Positions 6,858 to 14,117 of a DNA stretch of 39,868 nucleotides are shown here, one piece after another. A program made the position numbers and the translations under genes. Within the stretch, counting starts at the first letter, position 1. Each line of letters starts with the position of its first letter. The notes below the pieces were generated by a model, which worked only from the letters and a program-made list of their open reading frames with translations, was not told the DNA's origin and did no database searches. Location: positions 1 to 39,868 of IMG/VR virus record IMGVR_UViG_3300023267_000005; one strand, given 5' to 3'. This DNA is from a virus. Its lineage: Duplodnaviria; Caudoviricetes.

Positions 6858-8804
6858 TCAGGTTCGGCGCGAACGGGTGAACCACCCGTTGCGCTGTAGG
6901 TCCTGCCGGTCGACGGCCGGCGCGAGCCGGTGACGGCGCGGCCGGTAGCCGGTGCCGGTCGACGGGGCCGCGCGGGCGGCTCGCTCGGCCTCGGCCTGCT
7001 CGACCAGCGACCGGCGCAACTCGCGGTTCGCCAGCGTTCCGGCGATGGCCTGGCGAGCGTCTTCCCTGCTGAGCAGAGGTGCGATGGTGTCCTCGTCGAC
7101 GAGGGCCTGGTCCTCGTCGACGTCGACCGGCACGTGGTCGCAGCGGACCTCGGCGCCGGCGCCATCGAGCAGGGTCCAGCCGTCCTCGTCGCAGAGCTCG
7201 CAGGCCTCGCGCTCGCGGTCGGCCTGCTCCTCGCGTCGACGTCGCGCGAGCGCGGCCTGGCGGGTCCGATCCTCGACGGCGGACACCCGCGACCGGGCGG
7301 CCTGCCACTCCTGGGCGGTGCGCCAGGGCAGGTCGGGGCTGTGCCGCTTGAGCGCGGCCGCGATGAACGCGTGCGGGCTGCCGACCTGGGGGCACTCGGC
7401 GAACTCGCCGCATCCGTAGGCGATGAGCTGCACGAGCTGCTCATCGGTCAGGCCCGCCATCACGTGACGGGCGATGCGCACGGCCAGCCACCGGACCTCG
7501 ACCCCCCTGCGGAGCTGCACCGGGAGGGTCGTTTTCTTGTCGTCGCGCTTTCGCTGAGGCCCGCCTAGCAGCCGCTGAGCTGCACGCTGGGGTCGTGTTC
7601 CCGCCGAACTGGACTGATTCGGACCCCGGCCAGGATCGAGCTGTTCCTCGTGTGAGCGCGGCGCAGCCGCTCCTTTCATCCACACCCCTGCCGGAAGTCT
7701 TGGAGCTACCTCTTTTCCAGGAACAGCGGAGGGGTCAGATTTCGCCGAGGAGGGGCCACCGGCGGCCGGGCCAGCAGCCTTGGCGCGTGCCTTCCCAGGG
7801 GTGCCTGCGCGGCCACGAGCGCGTCGCTGACGGGCTGTCGTCAGCTCGTCAGCGATGCGGGAACCCCACGCGGCAGCGGGCAGCACGGGGGCTTCTGGGG
7901 CCTCGGGGATGCGGAGTTCGTAGACCTGCGCCACCGCCATCACGGGGGTGTCGCGTCTCCCCTTGCGCACGGCGGGCCCGAGCTGCTCGCGCACCTCGGC
8001 CAGGTCCACCACGGCATCGGGGCCGAGCTCGTCGAGGAGCTGCTGGCGACGGCGGCCGCGCTCCTCGATGGCGGCCGCGAGGGCCAGGCGCTCCTCGCGC
8101 TCCTCGGGCCGCTCGTCCTCGGGGATCGGCAGCCGCGGCTTGTGGGTACCGGGCACGACCACGAACAGCAGGCCCTGCGCGACGAACCAGGCGATCACCG
8201 ACGTGATGTGGCCGATGGTGCAACCGGCGGCCGCGGCCAGCTCGGCGTGCGTGCAGCCGTTGCGGGTCATCGCGCCACCCTCGCGCGGGCAGGCGTTGGC
8301 GATCGTCGTCGCGACGGCGCGGTAGGTGTTCAGCCTGCGCGACTGCCAGCGCTGCACGGCCATGCGGGCCTCGATGGCGTCGAGCCAGACCTCGCGGCCC
8401 TCGAAGCAGGCCCGCGTGTTGGGCGGGGGCTGGCGCAGCATGAGCTCTTGCTGCCAGCCGACGCGACCGGCGGCCGTGTGGTGGCCGCGGGCGTCGAGCA
8501 CCACGCGGGGCATCCACCGGAGCAGGTCCCAGCGCACGCCGTGCGCCATGAGCCAGCCGTCGACCGCACCGGCCTCGTCGACGAGCTTCTCGATGCGCTC
8601 GCGGTCGACAGTTGTCGGGTCGTGGTCGGCCAGGACCACGCTGTGGGTGGTCGCGGTGTGGCCCTCGCCGAGCTGCCAATGGGCCTGGCACACGGCCAGG
8701 GCCTGGCCACCGGGGGGCGCCGGCCGCAGTTGTGCGGGTAGCCCGCAGTCCACGCACGAAAGCGGGCGTGACTCGGGCACCGATTCGGCGAATCCCGCGC
8801 CCAT
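6858..8804 (-). CDS. Putative plasmid-type replication initiator (HTH + C-terminal Zn motif)
   Basis: THAELAAAAGCTIGHITSVIAWFVAQGLL winged HTH; C-terminal CELCDEDGW...RCDH motif of the kind seen in actinobacterial Rep-like proteins; next to the kor/tra module; start uncertain. Confidence 0.6.
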   Translation of the reverse strand: MGAGFAESVPESRPLSCVDCGLPAQLRPAPPGGQALAVCQAHWQLGEGHTATTHSVVLADHDPTTVDRERIEKLVDEAGAVDGWLMAHGVRWDLLRWMPRVVLDARGHHTAAGRVGWQQELMLRQPPPNTRACFEGREVWLDAIEARMAVQRWQSRRLNTYRAVATTIANACPREGGAMTRNGCTHAELAAAAGCTIGHITSVIAWFVAQGLLFVVVPGTHKPRLPIPEDERPEEREERLALAAAIEERGRRRQQLLDELGPDAVVDLAEVREQLGPAVRKGRRDTPVMAVAQVYELRIPEAPEAPVLPAAAWGSRIADELTTARQRRARGRAGTPGKARAKAAGPAAGGPSSAKSDPSAVPGKEVAPRLPAGVWMKGAAAPRSHEEQLDPGRGPNQSSSAGTRPQRAAQRLLGGPQRKRDDKKTTLPVQLRRGVEVRWLAVRIARHVMAGLTDEQLVQLIAYGCGEFAECPQVGSPHAFIAAALKRHSPDLPWRTAQEWQAARSRVSAVEDRTRQAALARRRREEQADREREACELCDEDGWTLLDGAGAEVRCDHVPVDVDEDQALVDEDTIAPLLSREDARQAIAGTLANRELRRSLVEQAEAERAARAAPSTGTGYRPRRHRLAPAVDRQDLQRNGWFTRSRRT

Positions 8805-8828
8805 TAGGCGGCTTGACCAGGAATAACG

Positions 8829-9081
8829 CGGGTCGCTGGCGAACCCGATCGGGTGAAGCTGAGCACAAACGCCACGCTTTCCGGCGTGGCGATCGAGAAC
8901 GCCTCCCGGCCTGGCAGCCGGTACAGCTACGATCGACGCACACCACTGTGAGAAGGGGTGTTCTTGTCACGATCGGGGCTGGCACCCCACATGATCGTGA
9001 CGTCGTACCTCGGGCCTCCAACCTGAGGGTGTTGCACGGTGCGGGCCCTGGGACATCTGTCCTGGGGCCCCCGTGTTTTTT
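8829..9081 (+). ncRNA. Structured rep-leader region / candidate antisense countertranscript
   Basis: Six hairpins in about 250 nt, three with CTGGC(A/G) loops; G-U pairs and a terminal U-run favour a plus-strand RNA. Confidence 0.4.
9035..9081 (+). terminator. Plus-strand intrinsic terminator antisense to rep
   Basis: cacgg..gggccc tgggaca / tgtcctg gggccc ccgtg followed by tttttt. Confidence 0.65.
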
Positions 9082-9171
9082 CTGGGACCACCTGGTCCCC
9101 CACGTTGTCCCACATTTAAGCCTCCCGTCCAGCCGCCGGCGAGGACGACACGGGCCAGCGGACGCCTCTGG

Positions 9172-10086
9172 TCACACCTTCGGTCGACTACCAGTCGGTT
9201 CTGCTGCGGTATCCGGGGTGGCTGCTGTAGACCGCGCGCGCGAGGCTTCCTCGCCGTCGTCGGGCGCCGGGACATAGGCCACGACGTTCCGCTCGGTGGC
9301 GGGGGTGACCGGCCAGGCCGCGCTCGCGTCGCGGGTGAGCTCGTAGGTCAGCGACCACCGGCGGCCGTCGCGTACCGCGACGTCGACGGCCAGCGGGTGA
9401 AGCTCGTCGAGCGGGTCGACCACGATGCGGGTCTCGACGAGCACCGGCTGCTGCTCGGGCATGGCCAGGTCTCGGGCCTCCTCGACGGTCGGAAGCCGGG
9501 TGGACACCTCGGCAGGCCAGCGCACGGGGCCGCGTTTGAGTGCCTGCTCGATGACCTCCAGGTAGCCACCTGGGCCGGTGTCCTCCTCGCCGAGTATGGG
9601 GGCCTGGTCGACCAGGTCGACCGGCAGGTAGGTCACGGTGATCTGCGCCGGCTCGCCGACGTCGGGCCCGACGATGCGACGGCGCGCGAACACCTGATCG
9701 CCCTCGTCGAGGCCGAGGGCCTGGGCGATGTCGAGCGGAGCGAACACCATGCCTCGGGTGGGGACTTCGAGCGCGGGCCACCGGCCGGAGTGCGCGTTGA
9801 ACAGGTAGCCCAGCGGGTTGCGCCTCACGACCAGCCCGAGCGGCAGCCGCTTTCGCGGCCGCCGTGGTGCCTGGGCGTAGGTGCCTGCGCGGTTGACGGT
9901 CCGCACGCGGTCCCGAGCGACCAAGACCTTGATCGCGTCGCGGACCACGCTGTCGCTCACCCCGAACCGCACGACCAGCTTGTGCACCCCTGGCAGCCGT
10001 CTGCCGACGGGAAACTCGCCCGAATCGATCAGTCCCTCGATCCGGTCGGCTATCTGCCGGTACAGGTGTTGGTCCACGGGTTCCAT
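9172..10086 (-). CDS. GntR-family (HutC/UTRA) repressor, KorSA/TraR-like
   Basis: LYRQIADRIEGLIDSGEFPVGRRLP...FGVS..VVRDAIKVL...GTY GntR HTH plus UTRA-like C-domain; divergent from the tra operon as in Streptomyces kil-kor systems. Confidence 0.9.
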   Translation of the reverse strand: MEPVDQHLYRQIADRIEGLIDSGEFPVGRRLPGVHKLVVRFGVSDSVVRDAIKVLVARDRVRTVNRAGTYAQAPRRPRKRLPLGLVVRRNPLGYLFNAHSGRWPALEVPTRGMVFAPLDIAQALGLDEGDQVFARRRIVGPDVGEPAQITVTYLPVDLVDQAPILGEEDTGPGGYLEVIEQALKRGPVRWPAEVSTRLPTVEEARDLAMPEQQPVLVETRIVVDPLDELHPLAVDVAVRDGRRWSLTYELTRDASAAWPVTPATERNVVAYVPAPDDGEEASRARSTAATPDTAAEPTGSRPKV

Positions 10087-10098
10087 CCCCTCCTAGGG

Positions 10099-10148
10099 TA
10101 TCTGTGTGCCCACAGAGCTTGACATCTATGTGCACACAGATACAACAT
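10099..10148. promoter_or_regulatory. Divergent kor/tra promoters with two palindromic operators
   Basis: tatctgtgtgcccacaga (10099-10116) and atctatgtgcacacagat (10124-10141); plus-strand TTGACA 10119-10124; minus-strand TTGTAT-N18-CAAGCT. Confidence 0.75.
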
Positions 10149-10320
10149 ACCCGGAGAAGATCACCCGAACAACAGACGATCAAGGGGCCTGAGCTGGATC
10201 TGCGGTCCAGCCCAGGCCTGGCAGCACCGTCGCGCTAACGAACGGAACCGCCATGCGTAGTACTACACCCCAGTCGATCACCGAGGTACGCACGGATGAG
10301 GTCACGAGCAGGTGGTCTCG

Positions 10321-10548
10321 ATGAGCCAGCACTCGCTGCCGCCCAGCCACTGGCCAGCGCCACCGCTGTGGACCGTCGCGGCCGCCGTCGTCGCGCTCGT
10401 GCTGCTGTGGCTGCTCGGCAAGGCCCTGTCCCGCCGGATGGGCTGGACCGGCGGCCAGCTCGCCAGCTACCTGACCTCGGTTACGTGCGCGTGGGCGCTG
10501 GTCCTGCTCGTCGGGTACTGGCTGTGGATCAGGGAGGGCGGCCGGTGA
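10321..10548 (+). CDS. Small two-TM membrane protein (Spd-like, transfer operon)
   Basis: Two hydrophobic helices; AGGTGG RBS; first substantial gene of the tra operon. Confidence 0.7.
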   Translation: MSQHSLPPSHWPAPPLWTVAAAVVALVLLWLLGKALSRRMGWTGGQLASYLTSVTCAWALVLLVGYWLWIREGGR

Positions 10549-11003
10549 CCTTCCCTCCCGAGCCCCCGACGTTCACCACGTTCCCCGCCAACCAACTGAT
10601 CTGGGTGCAGCTCACCGAGGGCAGCGAGGTGCGGCACCCGATCGCCTCACTGGAGCTGCCCAACGGCCGGACGGCCATCCACCCCGTCTCGTACCCGGCC
10701 CTCACGACCGGGGTCGTGCGGGCCGTTCATAGCTTGATGGACCAGTGGTTCGTCACCGACCTGCCGACCGGCAGGCTGCTGCCGGTGCTGTCGCTGAGCC
10801 CCAGTGCGGCGAGGGCCACCGCCGGTAGCTGGCAGCACCACGTGACGCGGGGGCTGCTGAACCCCCACAGCACCGATCACGTAATGGCCTGGGCCCAGGC
10901 GTTCGTCGCCCGAGCAGCCAGGTTCGACAGCGAGGTGCGGGCCCACCTGATCGGCGACATGCAGTGGCCCCCGTACCTACCCCCCAGCCCGTACACGAAC
11001 TGA
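10545..11003 (+). CDS. Hypothetical protein (transfer operon)
   Basis: GTG 10545 coupled to the upstream stop (GTGA), GGAGGG RBS. Confidence 0.7.
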   Translation: MTFPPEPPTFTTFPANQLIWVQLTEGSEVRHPIASLELPNGRTAIHPVSYPALTTGVVRAVHSLMDQWFVTDLPTGRLLPVLSLSPSAARATAGSWQHHVTRGLLNPHSTDHVMAWAQAFVARAARFDSEVRAHLIGDMQWPPYLPPSPYTN

Positions 11004-11016
11004 GGAGCAAGCCGAG

Positions 11017-12381
11017 ATGACGACGGACCTGCTGCCGCTCACCGACCCGCGCGCCCAGCGCAAGGTCGCAGCGGCACGCGCGGCGGCTATCCGACAGGAC
11101 AGCGAGGCCGCGGCCGAGCTGGCACGTGTCCGCATCGCGGGTGAGGAAAGGCTGATCGAGGCGAACCTCGACGCGGCCACCGTGGCCAACCACGAACTCA
11201 TGCTGGCGGCCTCGCACCAGGAACGGCTACGCGCTCAGGAGCTGCGCGAGGCCCTGCCCGCGGACCAGGTCGACCAGGTCGACGAGGGGAGGCTGGCCCT
11301 GTCCCCCGCGCGCTTGAAGTGGTGGCACCGGGGCCTACTCGCCTTCACCCTCGTTGTGATGGCGCTGCTGTTCTCGATCATCGTCGTGACGCAGCTCGAT
11401 TTCTACCGGCAGCTCGACGGCCTACAGCCCAAGCTCGGCGGCATCCCGATCCGGATCTACCTCGCCATCCCGGTGGCCACCGAGATGCTCTCGCTGCTCT
11501 ACGGCGCGTTCGCTACCTACTGCCTGTACGCCGGCCGAGGGAACCACTCGAAGTACGTCCGGTGGATGTGGATCTATGCGTCGATCGCCGCAGTGGTGAA
11601 CGCGTCCCACGCGCTGACGCACCTCGCCGCGGGCGACGCCGGGCTCACGGCGTTCGTGCTGGGTGGCGGGTCGCTCGCGTCGCCGGGCGCGTGGCACGCG
11701 TTCATCGGGACCACGCTGGGCAAGCAGCGTGGCCGGCGCGGTGGCGTCAAGGGCCTCGCCCGTGGCGCCCGGATGGTGAAGCACCCGTTCCTCACGCGGC
11801 GGTTCCTGTGGGCCTGCGAGGTGTTCCCGGACCTGACTCACGACGAGGTGTGGGCGATGGTCGCGGGTGCCAAGCGCGCGCGGCTTGAGCGTAAGTACCG
11901 GCCGGCGGTGAAGACCAAGGCGTCCAAGACGGCCAAGGTCGAGACGGCCAAGTGGTGGCCGCGCCGGGCCGAGGCCAAGGCCGAGGCGTCCAAGCCGGTT
12001 GTCGTCGAGGCGTCCAAGGCCAAGGCCGAGGCGTCCAAGCCGGCCAGGGTCGAGGCGTCCAAGCCGGTCGAGGCCGAGGGCCAGGCGGCCAAGGTCGAGG
12101 CGTCCAAGCCGACCGAGGCCGGTCCGGAAACCGAGGGCGAGCAGACGCGGCCCATGCCCCGGATCGTCGAGGACCTCCCCGAGAACTGGGCAGCGATCGT
12201 CGCCGAGGGTGTGCGCTGCGCAGACGAGCACATGGGCGGTGTGGTGACCGGCGCCGGCAAGCGCGACGAGCTCGCGGCGCTGGTCCGGAGGAGCCCCGAG
12301 CTGGCGTTCCCGAACAAGGCCCGGACGCGCCTCCAGCAGGACGTCAAGCAACAGCTACTGGAGAGGCAGGCAGCAGCATGA
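11017..12381 (+). CDS. Multi-pass membrane protein, Spd/DUF2637-like spread protein
   Basis: About 4 TM segments (...AIPVATEML...ASIAAVVNASH...) followed by EASK(P) repeats; GAGGAG RBS; upstream of traB. Confidence 0.65.
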   Translation: MTTDLLPLTDPRAQRKVAAARAAAIRQDSEAAAELARVRIAGEERLIEANLDAATVANHELMLAASHQERLRAQELREALPADQVDQVDEGRLALSPARLKWWHRGLLAFTLVVMALLFSIIVVTQLDFYRQLDGLQPKLGGIPIRIYLAIPVATEMLSLLYGAFATYCLYAGRGNHSKYVRWMWIYASIAAVVNASHALTHLAAGDAGLTAFVLGGGSLASPGAWHAFIGTTLGKQRGRRGGVKGLARGARMVKHPFLTRRFLWACEVFPDLTHDEVWAMVAGAKRARLERKYRPAVKTKASKTAKVETAKWWPRRAEAKAEASKPVVVEASKAKAEASKPARVEASKPVEAEGQAAKVEASKPTEAGPETEGEQTRPMPRIVEDLPENWAAIVAEGVRCADEHMGGVVTGAGKRDELAALVRRSPELAFPNKARTRLQQDVKQQLLERQAAA

Positions 12382-14051
12382 GCGCGTTCCCCGAGCCGTC
12401 CGTCGAGGAGCTCCTGGCGGCCGCGCCCCACGACGAGCCGGTGGCCGTCGACGGGCAGGACGTCGAGGTCGACCTCGACGAGGAAGACGGCGTGCCGGTC
12501 CAGCGGCTGGTGCTCTACGCCGGCCCCCCTGCCGCCGTTGCCGCAGGTCTGGGCCTGTTGTCGCTGTCGGTGTGGTGGCTGCTCGCGGCCGCCGGGCTGG
12601 CCCTGGTGCTCGTGCTGGTGTGGCTGCGTCGGGACCAGCTCGTCGCGTGGCTGCGCGGCGAGTCGGGCGGGGAGCGCAGGGCTGCCCGCTACGCCGGCCG
12701 TGCGGCGGCCGCGGAGTCTCGCGGCCGCGGCGAGTCCCGCACCAAGCAGCGCGCGGCCAGGCGCGCGGCACGTGCCAAGGCGCTGGGCTCCAGCGCGGTC
12801 GACCGGCCCAGCCGCGGGCAGCGCAAGACGGCGCGGGCCGCGGGCCGCGAGGCTGCGCGGGCGACGCGGGCCGCGGGTGGTTCACGCAAGCAGGCCCGCG
12901 CGGCCAAGCGCGCGGCCAAGGCCAAGGCGATGGGTGCCGGCGCCCGGTCCAGCACCGGCAAGCCAACCCGGAAAGCGGCCAAGCGCGCGGGCCAAGAGGC
13001 CGCCAAGCGGGCCAAGGCCAAAGGGGCCTCGCGTCCAAAGCAGCGCGCGGCCAAGCGGGCAGCGCGGGCCAAGGCGATGGGACAAACGGCCAAGCGCGCG
13101 TCCAAGACCAAGGGGCCAAGCGGTCGGGCCAACGCGTCCAAGGCGTCCAAGCGGGCCAAGCCGGTTGGCCCGGCCAACCGGTCGCGGTCGGAAGGCACCG
13201 GCGGGCCAAAGGCCAACTCGGCGGCCGAGCGGGCCAAGGCCGCGGCCAAGGCGGCCAGGCGGGCCGAACGGGCCAAGCGGCGCCAGGCCAAGCAGGACCG
13301 GCGCGAGAAGCGACGCCAGGTCAAGGCCGAGGCCAAGGCCGCGCGGCCGCCACGCCGGATGCCGCCGGTGCTGCTGCGGGCCAAGGCCAGGCTCGGCAAT
13401 GCCGCGTACGCGGTCGGCCAGGGCGTGGCGTCCTACACCGGGTGGGGCGTGCGCAAGGCCGTCGACGACGCGCTCGGCGTGGCCGCGTACGTGGCGGACA
13501 AGGCCGCTGAGGTCGAGGCCAAGTACAAGGATCGGGCCGCGGCCGAGGAGGCAGCGCGGGCCGAGCGGGCCGAGATCGACGCGCGGGCCGCGGCCAAGGC
13601 CGAGAGCAGGCGGGCCAAGCGGGCCGTGCCCGCTCCCCTGCCCAGCGTTCCGGCGGGAACCACCCCGCGGGCCAAGACCAAGGCGCCGGCGTCCAAGCCG
13701 GTGACCGTGCCCAAGGCAGGCAGCAGCACGTCCAGCACAGGAGGCAAGGCCATGTACGAAGAGATGATCGACAAGTCCACGCCGGAAACGCTGTCCAAGA
13801 CGTTGCAGGCGGCCGCCGATTCCGCGCGGGCCGAGGGCCAGCGCAAGCAGGACCTCGCCGACGAGCTGCGCAGCCGCGCGGCGATGCTCGAAGGGAAGAA
13901 GGCCTACGAGGAGCGCGCGGCCGAACACCTGCGCGAGGCCGGGGCGGCCGAGGAGGACGCAGAGAATGCGTTCATCTGGGCTGCCGAGTGGCAGGCCGAT
14001 GCCGATGCGGCCAGGTCGGACCTGCCTCACGTTCTCGAAGCCAGCCGCTAG
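12378..14051 (+). CDS. Membrane-anchored Lys/Arg/Ala-rich protein (TraA-like position)
   Basis: ATGA coupling at 12378; two TM helices; histone-H1-like KAAK/RAAR repeats; acidic helical C-terminus with its own in-frame RBS and ATG at 13752. Confidence 0.7.
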   Translation: MSAFPEPSVEELLAAAPHDEPVAVDGQDVEVDLDEEDGVPVQRLVLYAGPPAAVAAGLGLLSLSVWWLLAAAGLALVLVLVWLRRDQLVAWLRGESGGERRAARYAGRAAAAESRGRGESRTKQRAARRAARAKALGSSAVDRPSRGQRKTARAAGREAARATRAAGGSRKQARAAKRAAKAKAMGAGARSSTGKPTRKAAKRAGQEAAKRAKAKGASRPKQRAAKRAARAKAMGQTAKRASKTKGPSGRANASKASKRAKPVGPANRSRSEGTGGPKANSAAERAKAAAKAARRAERAKRRQAKQDRREKRRQVKAEAKAARPPRRMPPVLLRAKARLGNAAYAVGQGVASYTGWGVRKAVDDALGVAAYVADKAAEVEAKYKDRAAAEEAARAERAEIDARAAAKAESRRAKRAVPAPLPSVPAGTTPRAKTKAPASKPVTVPKAGSSTSSTGGKAMYEEMIDKSTPETLSKTLQAAADSARAEGQRKQDLADELRSRAAMLEGKKAYEERAAEHLREAGAAEEDAENAFIWAAEWQADADAARSDLPHVLEASR

Positions 14052-14059
14052 CCGAACCC

Positions 14060-14099
14060 GAGGGGGCCACACGTGCAGGTGTGGCCCCCTCACCTGCAC
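14060..14099 (+). promoter_or_regulatory. Hairpin with an alternative pairing in the traB leader
   Basis: gagggggccacac/gtgtggccccctc 13-bp stem; competing gtgcaggtg/cacctgcac 9-bp stem. Confidence 0.5.
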
Positions 14100-14117
14100 A
14101 GACACGAGAGGAACACC

